64,000 nucleotides of DNA from positions 66,278,001 to 66,342,000 of the forward strand of contig NC_088853.1 of assembly GCF_963853765.1 (NCBI RefSeq), read 5' to 3'. The number at the start of each line of letters is the position of its first letter. Within the stretch, counting starts at the first letter, position 1. The notes beneath the pieces were generated by a model. The model saw only the letters and a program-made list of their open reading frames with translations, was not told the origin of the DNA and searched no databases. This stretch comes from Magallana gigas. Lineage: Eukaryota. Both the position numbers and the translations under genes were made by a program. Below, piece by piece: positions 11,193-24,669 of the stretch.

Positions 11193-12927
11193 CTGTAAAA
11201 TGAGAAATTATAGCGCACTACAAATTTTAGCGCCTTTGGCGCAACTGCCTCTAAGCTCTAAAATTACATGTAATAGTGCGCCAACGATTTTCCATATGTA
11301 TTAAATTTCTTCAAGTTGCAAAACAATAACGTCAGTCATTTTTAAGGCTATATAGAAGTGTTTATTTAAATATCAGATGCTGTCGGTTCTGTTTGTTTAA
11401 AGCTATACACGCTATAATTTGCGTCAATTTTGATTAAAGGGGAAAATGTATGTGTTTGATTACTAATAAAAGTTACTTTTATGCTGTTAATTATAATGCT
11501 CAATTCGATCACGTAACAAATATATCAAATATTAAACAACAAAAAATATTTATTTTCCTGCCAGGAAAGTAATGCCTCCTCGTGAATATCAATCTATCAC
11601 GTGATATCGACAGCTAAATTTAGTCTATCATACCAAAACTGGCGAAGGGTCAACATCTTCATAATTGTGATAGTTTCACAAAGGAAAGGATATTTTCAGT
11701 AAAGCATAAATTTGTCCGATATACGAGTACAAACAAAAGAAAAAAATACAAGCCTGTGAGTAGATATGAATACTTCCTTTAAAAAAATGACGTAGACCTG
11801 TGTGTTTCCCGTATGTGCTATTTTTAGATCCTGTAAGTGTTAATGCAGAAGTAAGGGTATCGTGAATGACAGACGTATTTTACTTATTATACATGTATGT
11901 ATTTCAAATAAACAACTGTTAAGCATATTAAAAATCAAGTTGAATATTTAATTAGACAAACAATAACGACCACCTAGTTCTCCGCGGACATGCGCAATGA
12001 GGTCGGTTTCGCTCTTCCTTCATCAATATTCATGAAAAGGTATATTTTCCTGGCAGGAAAATAAACAATTAAAAATATATATCTTTGTAACGAGATGGAA
12101 TTCACCATTGTAATTTACAGATAAAGGATAACTTTTATAAGTAGACAAACACATGCGTTTTCACTGTCATTCAAAATTGACGTAAATTATAGCGTGTATA
12201 GCTTTAAACAATTACACAGGTAAACGGTATGGGTTATCGGGTAGAAGTGCCTAATAATGGATTAATTAATTCAGTTTTAATTGCTTTTTATTATCTCTCA
12301 TCAGCACCCTGAAAATTGGGCTTCTACCGATACCACTTCCATTTAGCGCCTCGATGTGAAAATGTGATTAGGCGTGGCGATCGTTAACGCTGACAATACA
12401 TGATTGATCATAATTTCTTTGATCTCCGATTAGTGGATAAAAAGATACCAAGACAATACATATTTTTTTAATGTAAAATTACTGTAAAAAAGATGCTCTC
12501 ATGTTGATCGAAACTAATGGTAAATGTAGCATTCGATTTCACTTTTAGTTTCGGGACTCTTCTAGTGTTATCCAAGTCGACACGTTAAATTAAAAGTCCG
12601 ATAACTCAAATTTGTTTACCAACAAAAATTACACATCATCGCCAATAAATGAGGTTTTCATATCTATCTACTGACGATTTACACAAAAGTAAATGTATTG
12701 ATTTCAACGACAGTTTACCGTGCAAGGGAGATACAATTCAAAGTCGTTTTGTTCACGTGCTTGAGTGAACACAGAACTAAATTTTGGGAATGATCGTTTA
12801 TCAAACAACAACATTTTTGTATTTTTTTTTTAAGAAAAGATGCATGCGCTAAAATATAATTGCGCTTTTATACTGGCACTTGCGTTTGCGCTAAAATACA
12901 TGTGCGCAAAATTTTCTCGTTTTACAG
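11193..12927 (+). mobile_element. TA-flanked MITE (TIR CTGTAAAA(C/T)GAGAAA) interrupted by a nested element
   Basis: ta|ctgtaaaatgagaaatt ... aattttctcgttttacag|ta; uninterrupted sister copy at 17069-17974. Confidence 0.85.
11401..12203. mobile_element. Kolobok-type non-autonomous element nested in the TA-MITE
   Basis: TTAA|AGCTATACACGCTATAATTT.CGTCAATTTTGA ... TCAAAATTGACG.AAATTATAGCGTGTATAGCT|TTAA; empty site visible in the sister copy near 17265-17275. Confidence 0.8.
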
Positions 12928-14153
12928 TATTGTTTTTTAACAATCATTCCCTTTTCTGATGACAATTTTTGTATATTTTAACTACAATTCATCAAAACAA
13001 CAAAAATCAACGGTTGAACCCGCTTTTGTAGAATAATAATGGTGATTGTACTTTAAAAAAGGCTGGGTGGTCAACGCATTAACAAGATATACCTCAAATT
13101 TCAGCCATAATTTGTAAAGCTTAAACAGTTATTCAGTAGACAAAAATTCCACATAATTATGTTCTTAACTTCAAGTATTTTTACCTTATTTTATGCATAG
13201 CACTTTTTTTTTAAAGAAGGTCAGTTTCATAAAAAAAAGTTACCACTGCTATCCGTCCCTCATAACAATTACTGCGGTTTGTTGAACCGAATCTGATTAG
13301 ATAGTCAAAAGTATCTTTTCTTTTTGTTTAATGTTTTGTTATTCAACACCGACAACAGTATTATATTTTTTATGAAAGAAATGTTTTAATTTTTTTTAAG
13401 AAATATTTAATTTACTGTAAATATATAAATCGTTCGTTTAAATGACATATTAGTATTTGTAGAGTGTCCACAAACCTCAAGAATAACAAATGTTACCTAA
13501 AGTAAAACGCGTAAAACTACAAATAGTATGGAACTCCTAAATTTAAATAAATTGACTCACTAACAAAATTCACAAGTTAAAACAACAATTAAACATTTTA
13601 TCTTATTTATTTACTAGCTGATTGTTACGATTACACGGGGCAGTTAAATGGACGGTACTCCCACAGGCCCGTCATAAGTCTATAGCCATTTTACAGACAA
13701 CACACATCGCATGGTGAAACAGTTCATAGTAAGAAACCCCATGACAAATTACAGAAATTCCAGGAGATTCCTCCTCCTCCGATTTCCCGGCGACTCTTTC
13801 CTCGCAGAAGATACTTTAAATACTTTAATTAGCGAGCTCTAACGTCACAACACAAACAAAGCAACCAAGTGCCATATGAAAACATACAATAGCTGATTAT
13901 ATATGTATCTCAACAATGTTAATACTTAAATACGGAACTACCGGTGAAGATATCCACAGCTTTCTATAATATGTTTTGATAAGAACAGAACTTTTAAATT
14001 AAAAAAAAAATCATACATTGAAATGAAGTGGACAATGCAAACTTTAAAAAAACCCACAAACAAAACCGATTTTTAAAAAGTGTAATTGTTATAAAATATT
14101 ATATCAACATTCAGTGCTTTTAATAAAGATAATTTTAAGATCAACTATATTAA

Positions 14154-15164
14154 AACCCTGTCACACATAGTTGGATTTCCATAGCGTATTAACATCGTTG
14201 TAAAATTCATGGAATCGCCGAAGGATCGCAAACCAAATTCAGAAAAAAATGTTCAATTTTATCAGAATTTTTACGAATAAAAATGCCACGGCGTCCTGAC
14301 GACGACTGAGGAGTTTCTACTGAACTCCCGCGGCGTGTAATTGTGTTTCCACAGATTTCTACTTGGCGATTGATTGTGGTCTCGCTGAGTATCCGCCAAG
14401 TGGTCTTTACACTTTACAACTGGTAAATGAATGATAAAAATATGTTTTTGTTTTGACAAAATAAGGTACCTAGTAAATTGAAACGTAACTAGTTTCTAAC
14501 AAAAATTGTGAAAGACACACATCCTAGTAAACATCCTAGTAAACAGGTCTACAAAAATAACCGTTATTAGTTGTTGGAAAAAAATGTGAAAACATCAGAA
14601 CAAAACGACATGAATTCGATCTACGTCTTCCAATAGGTCCTGGAGTATTCGCAAAGTCTCCTTAAACACTCATCTACATCAAGTTTAAGATTACTACATC
14701 GCTAGCTTTTGTACAACAGCCGTTATTCAAATTTTCGTAATCTGGTTGACATTGCACTAGCAATTTTAAGCGCGGTATAAACGCAGAGGAAACGTCAAGA
14801 GAGCGCAATGGACGAGGCAACACCTCTTTGGGGTCGCTGTGTGAACGTAGCGAAATGAAAAACAACTTGTTCTAACGCTGTGGATGCGCAGCAATGGCGC
14901 GGTGGAGACGCAGTGACATCACAAATGACTCCAATTGGTCTCCGTGCAAGTGCAATCAACTGATCACAGCGTCTACACTGCGAATGGCTGCGTTCCTTGA
15001 GCACGCCAACAGAGCTATTGTGGCGGGGTTTGAGTCCTTACGGTGCAAATGAAGATGCCGTTGCATTGTTACGGCGCTGAAGTAGACTCTACTGCGTGGT
15101 GATCTACATTATTTAAGGACTCATCGGTATCGCCATGAAGACGCAGCTCCGGTGTGACAGGGGT
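14154..15164. mobile_element. PIF/Harbinger-like non-autonomous element
   Basis: TAA|AACCCTGTCACAC ... GTGTGACAGGGTT|TAA; 13-bp TIR, 3-bp TAA TSD; GC-richer interior. Confidence 0.75.
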
Positions 15165-16569
15165 TTAATAATATGTTTTATATACAGATAAACACTTTTT
15201 TGTACAATCATTCATTTTATAACGAGAATGTCATAAAAATGGGAAGTCTGCAAATGTTATTGATGCAACGTCGTTTTCAAAGATTATTTACAGCTATTCT
15301 TAAACTAATCATGATGAAAGAAATACAATGTAATGTCTACATCGATTAGGAAATATTCTGTGCGTTATTGCACAACCATATCTTTTTATTATTGCTTTAA
15401 AAAACTCCTACAGTTCACAGTTTAGTAGTTGTGTCCAAGTAAAGGCATTAATTCTTTAAGTACAAGATGGATTCCTAAATGAAAGGTAAAAGTAAAAACG
15501 TAAATAAAAAAACAAAAAGAAAAAAAAATAGAAGAGCATAAAATACTAAAGAACTTCGGTCATAAAACTATGTTTTACCTGCAAATGATTGGGGTGTACC
15601 TGCCGGCGGTTAATATATTAAGCAGTCAAGTCTTTATTCCAGTTGACATTTCGAGAATGACATCCAGTTACTATTTAATACAACCATGTGTTAAGTTCTA
15701 TTTGACTTTAGAGAATAAAAACAAACAAATAAAAAAATACAAAAAAAAAAAAAACCAAAAAACCAAAAAAGAACCACATATATGTCATCAGTAGCAGAAA
15801 CATTTAAATTAATAAAAGAAAAAATGTGTTAATCATGAAATGCATACAATACAACACCACAAACACTCGTTGTTGTTCAAAAAGAACAAGCTGCCTCACT
15901 CCTTTTGTATGGTTTTGGTTTTTGTTAACGTCCACTTTTGTCTACTCCAAGTCTTTGAACTTTACTTCTTTCTTGCATTCCTTTTTGATTTAAAAAGATA
16001 GAGTTAAATATTTAAAATACAAGAAACACTTAAAACACAGTGCTCTTACTCACACATTTGCCCTCTCCATGCCCCGGTCAATGCTTTTGGCCTTGCAACA
16101 GAAGACGCCCCTTATGATAATCGATGGCGACAACAATGTTAATTCAATGCTTTTCAGTCCTCTTTCTTTCTCCAGTTGTTATCTGATATTATCTGACCTC
16201 CATTGCCTAGTTTTATTCATAGACAAAAGACAATGAAGCTAAAATAAAGATCAACAAGAAGATATCTATATTTCAGTAAGCATATCTCTGTATTTTTGGG
16301 AACACCTGTCTCTGAATCGTCTTACGGGATGTTTATAATAGTCACGTTATGGTATTCTTTCAAAAACATCAATAACCTAAAACGGTTTCTAGCTGCTGGA
16401 GCTCCATTTGTGTCGTCTTAAACATAGCAATAACTTAGTCCAACACTTTAACGCATTTTATTTTTACAAAATAATACTACACAAAGTTTACATGTCCTAC
16501 AATATGTAGCAAATCGGATATATTCACTTTTCACACCATTTTCTGTCTTCTTCACGACATTAGACACTA

Positions 16570-17026
16570 TTAGCAGTTCTCTCCCCTCATGTCATATTCC
16601 TGTTCTGACAAGTAGTTGACATCTCCCCCTTCCGGTCCTATTCCTGTTTTGACAAATAGTTTAATTGTAAAATATACTTAACTTTAGAGAGGAAAACACC
16701 AATGACAAAGAAATAGAATTAAAAGTGTTCATACATTTACAAAGTTTCAAAACAAACTTACATTTAGATTATAACTCATCAACACTGGATGACTTACAAA
16801 CATTTTTATGTCATTTATATTAAAGAAACAACTTTAAAGTATAAACACACTTATACGTGTTGGTTTGTTTTTACATATATTAGAACAGCCGGATTTGTGA
16901 AAAATTCACAAAATTACAATTTCAATAAATGGCAGCACTATATGATATTTATTCGATAAGCAAAGTTACTACTTACCCTGGTACACCGAGTGCATTATTC
17001 CACGTTGTTTTTCAGTGGCCGAATTG
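16570..17026 (-). CDS. Candidate cytoplasmic-tail-like exons of gene B (16977-17026 and 16570-16643)
   Basis: ag|..NSATEKQRGIMHSVYQ|gtaag, then cag|GIGPEGGDVNYLSEQEYDMRGENC*; the phases join each other, but the link to EGF7 could not be established. Confidence 0.3.
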
Positions 17027-17068
17027 CTTTAAACACCAACGCAATGACAGGGTTTCATTTAACATATA

Positions 17069-17974
17069 CTGTAAAACGAGAAAATATGGCGCACTACAAA
17101 TTTTAGCGCCTTTGGCGCAACTGCCTCTGAGCGCTAAAATTAAAAGTGCGCCAACGATTTTCGATATGTATTAAATTTCTTCAAGTTGCAAAACAATAAC
17201 GACAGTCCATTTTTAAGGCTATATAGAAGTGTTCATTTAAATATCAGATGCTGTCGGTTCTGATTGTTAAAACAATTACACAGGTAAACGGTATGGGTTA
17301 TCGGGTATAAGTGCCTAAACATGGATTAATTAATTCAGTTTTAATTGATTTTTAATATCTCTCATTAGCACCTTGAAAATTGGGCTTCTCCCCATGCCAC
17401 TTCCATTTAGTGCCTTGAGGTGAAAATGTGATTAAGCGTGGCGATCGTTAACGCTGACAATACATGATTGATCATAATTTCTTAAATCTCTGATTAGTGG
17501 ATATAAAGATAACAACACAATACCTATTTTTGTGTTTTTTTTAATGTAAAGTTACAGTGAAAAAGATTCTCTCATGGTGATCGATTTCACTTTTAGTTTC
17601 GGGACTCTTCTAGTGTTATCCAAGTAGACACGTTGAATTAAAAGTCCGATAACTCCAATTTGTTTACCAACAAAAACTACAACACCATCGCCAATAAATG
17701 AAATTTTCATATCTATCTACTGACGATTTACCCAAAAGTAAGTGTATTGTTCTCAATGACAGTTTACCGTGCATGCGAGATAGAAATCAAAGTCGTTGTG
17801 TTCACGTGCTTGAGTGAACACAGAACTAAATTTTGGGCGTGATCATTTATCAAACAACATTTTGTGTATTCTTTTTTAAAGAAAAGATGCATGCGCTAAA
17901 ATATAATTGCGCTAATGTACTGGCACTTGCGTTTGCGCTAAAATACGTATGCGCCAAATTTTCTCGTTTTACAG
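17069..17974 (+). mobile_element. TA-flanked MITE, 906 bp
   Basis: ta|ctgtaaaacgagaaaat ... attttctcgttttacag|ta; colinear with 11193-12927 minus the nested insert. Confidence 0.88.
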
Positions 17975-18552
17975 TATACAAATTTTATATAACGATCATA
18001 TTCAATACTTATTTTAAAGAATAAAATATTGCCTAAAGATTAAAATTATAGGTGTATAGTTTTAAGAGAAAAACTGCAAAACATCACATAGACATACTTA
18101 CTTGCGTTGCCATTTCTTCTCTCTTCAGAAATTAACTACGGTGAGTGTTTATCTATTTTTACGCAAAATAAGTTTGTGATTTTCTTTAAAATACATCTGT
18201 TTTACTGTTATCTTGGCTGTGTTTGTTGTCTTAAATAATTCTTTACTTATTTTACAAGAAAAATGTAAACACTAACCTATGAACAAATTGTTGGCGTCCG
18301 ATGTACCCACTTAAGTACAACTTGGTACACATTAAATGATCAATGTAGTCATTCCTTGGCACATTTTATAATTTATATGGGTTATTGTTACTTTGAGGTA
18401 AACTTGAAAATATACAATTTATGAGCCAAGCGTCATATTTCAAAACAAATGTCTTATGTAATGTTTTGAATACTATTTTGATAATTAATAATCAAATATT
18501 AAATCTCTGATTACTATACCATGATTAAAAAATAATTAAATAGATTATGTAC

Positions 18553-18690
18553 TTTTTTGACAGAAGTATCCTATCCAGCCACGACGGCAGCCATAATCAC
18601 ATGAACCACTGACATCGTTACAGCCATCACACGTGTAACTGTTGATACAAGTCTCAGAACAGTCTTGTCCAAAATATCCAACGGGGCAAA
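18553..18690 (-). CDS. Gene B EGF exon 7
   Basis: CPVGYFGQDCSETCINSYTCDGCNDVSGSCDYGCRRGWIGYFCQK; 138 nt; donor gtacat. Confidence 0.85.
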
Positions 18691-21600
18691 CTGAAATGAA
18701 CCAAATGTGTTATATAATTAGTATTAATCCCTACATACTAAGTCAATCTACTTACATGTGAAATACATGTATTATATATTTATTTTTTCTATGCTATATA
18801 TTTAATACAAATCTACACACGGGTTTTACACAAGTCTCCTTGATAATCAGCACCACACCCTGTCAAACACGTCCCATTAATATTGGAACACTGGCTGACG
18901 TCACGGCAATGTCCACATGTTTCATTGCATTCAGAACCATACCGCCATACGTCACATGCTGCGAAAAAAATATTCAATCTCATAAGGTTAATGTGTTAAG
19001 AAATGCTATTCAATTTAAATGTATATATTTTTTTTTACATTTAGACAGCAGAGTGTTTGCTTTCCAAACACAGTAGCGTCTTCTGCATAAGTTTAATAAG
19101 ATAGCAGTATTTTGTATTCAGAAAACTGATAGTGTAGATTTAAAATATCAGATTACACGGTAACATTAATATTATTATTATGATAAGGTAATGATAGCTA
19201 TGATTTTCTCCATTTAAATGTATATCATACGATAAAACACTTACATGTTTTACACAAGTCTCCTTGATAACCAGGGTTACATCCCGTCAGACACCATCCA
19301 TTGATGTTGGAACACTGGCTTACGTCACGACAATGTCCACATGTTTCTTTGCAGGAGTAGCCATACGACCCTCTGTCACAAGCTATAAATTTAACTCAGT
19401 TTAATGTATTAATACAGTTTTCTCATACAAAGTTTAAGAGTTTTTAAACCTATAAACGTAATCTTTTATACAATTTCGTGTGGTTAATTTATTAGAACGA
19501 TAATCTCATTCAAATGGCTAGGGCATATGTGAAACTCACAGAATTATTTAATCAATTCATTTTTTATTTTAAATATTGAGGCACCCAGTCCCTTTTTTTG
19601 GACACAAACAGATTGATGTAATGGCAAAAAAAACCAAAAGCCCTTACTTAAGCTTTAACCACCAAAAGAAATATACAAAAACAGCTAGTATATCATGCAC
19701 AGTTTTTTTTTTAAGTTTTGAAAGGTGTAGGTCATGAGTTTAATAGCTCTGGGTAAATAAATCGACATAACTGTCAACTTCACGCCTGAATGAATTGATA
19801 ATGACAATTAAAAGTTAAGAATATATGCAACCGATATTGAGTCGTTTGTTGCAAAGGTTTTTATCTGAATCACTACGTTCCATTTCACAACACATTAATG
19901 TTTGATATTAAACGTTACAAAATCGGCCGCCATAAAATCAATTATTAAGAGTCAATGACAAAATATATGGACGATGTAGAAGTATAAAACCTGTATAAAA
20001 AAAGATTCTAATATTTCCTTAAATACTTCAATTTAAAACAATGAGCCCCTGTTCTAACAAAATGATTTTATAATCTTATCACGTATTAAGCACTAGTTAA
20101 CGTTATCAAGAAGATCTTAAACAGCTGTTTTTATAAATATTTAAACCTACATAAAACTTTGAACCTCTTGTGGGGCCCAAAAATTGTCCAGGAGCTAATA
20201 TCTAAACAACTAAAAATCATCAGCATTCAAAATGCTTGCATATAAGTACATGTAATACCATACATTTTAAAAATAAATCAAGTAAGAATACTTGGTTCTT
20301 TATACTTGGTAAAAATTTATTTCTCCAATATGGCGCCACCCTACCCCCGAAAATCACAACTTTGACTCGAACCTGCTGAGGTTATATTTACACAGATACC
20401 GCTTCTCTTACCATTTGTTTTTTTTTTTTTTTTGAGAGGAAGATGTTTAAAAATGTATCTCTGTATAATATTATTAAATGCGACCCCCAGTTGTGGACTC
20501 ACCCTACCTCCGGGGATCATGATTTGAACAAACTTTAATCTACACTTCCAGAGGGTGCTACCCCACATTTCAGTTTTTTCAGCCAAATGGGTTTTGAGAA
20601 GAATTTTCCTTTTATATTAATATGTAAAAATTCGACCCCCATTCCGGCGCCACCCTACTCAGGGGACCATGAATTCAAGAATCCTTTCATGGGGATGCAA
20701 CCAAATAAGTTACAGCTATTCTGCCATTTTGATTTTGAAACCATTTTTGAATGATATCATATTTTCAATAAATGTTAATTATCTTCCTTTGAAAGAGGGC
20801 GCATCAAACCTGAATCTCCTTCACCTAAGACTGCTTTATACTAAGTTTGATTGAAAAATGGCCCAGTGGTTCTTGAGATGAGGTCGACACTGTAAAAAGT
20901 GCACAGACAGACGGACGGACGGACGCCGGATAAAAAGTGATAAGATTAGCTCACTTGAGCTTTCTGCTCAGGTGAGCTAAAAATCAAAAGAAAAAAACAA
21001 TGTGAAACTAATAGGAGACCAAAAAAAATTAGGTACAATTGACAAAACTGACAAAAGTTATTGACAATATATGGATTGACTTTTAGTATTAATTTTGACT
21101 GAAAGAGTCGTAAAAAGTCGATATTAACCTATAACTTCATAATGTTGACCGAGCTCACAAACGTAAGACAAGGCAGTGCTATCGCAAAATTATGTTTTAA
21201 TGACTTGTTAAGAAATCTAAGTGGCAAATATATTTTTAATGACTAACAAAGTATATAATCAATGACTACAGTCTCTCTAAAACGATATTATTTGAAAGCA
21301 TCTGGCTTTCAGCCTTGGTTACGCTCTGGAAACAGTCACACTAAAAACAAGCGGCCCATGGGGCCACATCGCTCACCTGAGCAACAATGGGCGTACAAAA
21401 GATATTGTGCCATATGGTCCCTCGGTAGAAAAACAAAAAATGAATATTGTAAAGTATTCGAATTTTACACTTATTTTTGTATACATGTAATCTTTGACAT
21501 TGTACCTTCATGAAATACTATTTTTTACCAGAATAAGAAAATCCTACGCAAGATATAAAACTAAACATTTGGTAGAGGTATACTGTTAGTTGTTAACTTC

Positions 21601-23653
21601 CAAATCCCTATATTTTCGTTCTGCCCCCCCACCCCCTACACACTTTGTAAAGCGATCAAAATATATGAGAGCATATAGGTACATTTTTTTCATCCACTAC
21701 TTATTAGTTTTTGTATTAAAAAAAATTGTTATTGTTTTTTATTTTAAAAACCCTACATGTATAGATGTGAAGAAGAAACTTGTACCTCAATGTGCTCAAT
21801 TCCTCAAATTAAAAAACATTCAACAAGTTTATTTGTCTTCTCAATTATAATTAAATGACTGTTATTTACTTCGCGTACAAACCAGGATAATTTTCCGCTG
21901 TGATATTCTTAGGAATAGCGATAATTACTTTATCCCCTCAACAGAAATGTGTCAGAAATATGGAAACTGTTTTAAAGATGTCGTTTTTATTTACTCGTGT
22001 CTGAAAAACTATCAAAATTGATGTAGATTTTACATTATTTTTTGTATAAAGAGAGGGCCCCAGAGAGTAGATATATACAGAATATCATTCTTTTATTTTG
22101 TTTGTACAAGTACTTAACATATACTCTAATTCATAGAGATTTTCTAATGTTCAACCAAAATTTCAGCGTCAATTGTAGAATTATAAGCAAGATACAGAGT
22201 TCACAGTTCGCCTAGGTTTGATTCATATTTTGTTCACATGAGTTTAATACATTCAGCTTATGATTTTTAACTTGGTATTTCAGCATTTAAAATGGAAAAA
22301 AAGAATGGCCTAAGATTTTATATTCTTTTATTCACTCAAGACCAGTTCACTGGTATTTGAGGTTCAAAATCAGTTTATACAAATGTACACAAACACAGTG
22401 AATGATCACATGTACAGTAGGAGTAATAACGACGAAAGAAGGTTAAGTTTACAATACAATAAGATGTTAAAGTTGGTTTCTGGAAGAACAGACTTTGAAA
22501 ATGTTCTGAATAAAAATTGACAAATTTTTACTTTTTTAATCTTTAGTTTTTAAGATCTGTGTACATGCATAGAATTGGGAGCAAATTTCTTTATCTTGCA
22601 TATAATTTGAAGCTTAACACTCAAATATGGTTAGTAAATAGAAATTGAAAACAATTAAACACAAGAAACATTCACTATAACAAATAAAGAACACAATTTA
22701 TTTTTTTTCGAAATGAATCATATATATACATGTATATACCTACATATTTCCGTCAGCAATATCAAACTTTATTTAAACTGAATAAACTCGAGAAAATGCC
22801 GAGCATCGCAACAAAACCTATTGCATTAATCTACCATTACGCAAAAGATAATGTCGATCGAATTACCGATAGAATGAATTGTATTTCATTATTTTTATAT
22901 ACATCAGATTTTGCTTAATGTGCGCAGGTAAACAGTTAACTGTTTGATTTACCGAAGTCTCTGTTTGATTTGATACGTAAAAATCACGAAATACAGACGA
23001 TAGTTCCCAGGTTACAAGCAGAAATAATGAAAACGAAACGAAAATCGGAACAAGCTAACACCAACGTCATGTGTGAAAACTGTCAACGCATTGAAATATT
23101 TAGCCTCAATTTACTTCACAAAATCGGCAACAATATATTTTGCATGTTTCAAAAATTTCCCTTCATACGCGAACTGTTGCACAACAAGCAAATTCATCAT
23201 AGTCAGATCGACCCTTTTTCGTATAATGTCATGGCTGCTTTAAACAAAAAACCTCGTTTTAAAGATGGAATACGAGTCTTGGTAAAATGGGTATGCAAAC
23301 CCGGGCCGTGGCAAAATAAAAGCCAAGGCAGATCGACAATCGTCAATTCCAAATACGCATTATTTTGCAGCAATATTTACAGCGAATACAAATATACTGG
23401 TCCATCAAATATCCTGAAATTTTAATGAGATTGGCAGATCAATAACTGCCAATCTTTGTTTTGCCCGTCCAAGTCTTGCCTACCCATTTTACCGGATGCC
23501 GAACCCGAAGCTATTAAACTGATTGAAACACGCCTTTCCTTTATTATTATTTTCGTAATAACTCAGATTTGAAACAGAATTAGCACTTAATTTTTACAAT
23601 TTATATTTTCCTTCCCATAAGGATAATTTTATCTAAAATACGTTGAATTAAAA

Positions 23654-23684
<31 letters not shown>

Positions 23685-23777
23685 ATGCACCCCCCTTTTT
23701 CTCCAGTTTCAAGGTTTTCTCCGCTTTGAATACAGATCGGACTTTTATTTTTGCAATTTATATTCGCCCTCCGATAA

Positions 23778-23809
<32 letters not shown>

Positions 23810-23843
23810 ATAAGCGGTTTTAGAGAAGAAGTTCAAAATGTAA

Positions 23844-23876
<33 letters not shown>

Positions 23877-24587
23877 GGACAGACAGACAGACAGACGGAC
23901 AAAATGTGATCAGAATAGCTCACTTTAGCTTTCAGCTCGGGTGAGCTAAAAACGATATTTTTCCATTGGCTTTCAGCCGGACTTGTGTTCATCAGAAACA
24001 CATTTCAGCCTTGGTTACGCTCTGCGAACAGTCACACTAAAAAAAAACCGATATTTTTCCATTCAAAGCATCTGGCTTTCAGCCGGACTTGTGTTCATCA
24101 GAAACATATCTTTAAGTTTTGTATTTAAGTGACTATTTGACTACAACAAAGACATTAATAATAACTCAAGATGAAACTATGAGGAGTCAATGTTTCACGC
24201 AAAGGCTAGCATAGAAGGAAGGGGGGGGGGGGTTGCTGTGAAGTGTACTTGCCAATAGTGCGAGTAATGTGTAGTTCCTATTGCGCTAAACACAACACGT
24301 CTATTGCATTTAAATGAACATAACAAAACTAATTAATATGTGTGTATGTTCATTACACTTACCAGTCTTACACAGGTTCCCCTGGAAACCAGCATTACAT
24401 CCAGTTAGACATGTGCCATTGTTGTAGGAACACTGCTTAACGTCACGGCAGTGTCCACAAATCTCTTTGCAGTCAGCACCATAATTTTCCTCTTCACAAA
24501 CTATCGATAAATATCAATTTTTGTATTCAAGATGATGAGACACCGTCGTATTGTTACTGATTATACTAATTTTTGCTGTTTGTTTAA

Positions 24588-24669
<82 letters not shown>

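Noticed and set aside
22970-23425. 151-aa plus-strand ORF
   Set aside because: It lies inside a Helentron, has no recognisable motif or splice context, and is treated as cargo rather than a gene
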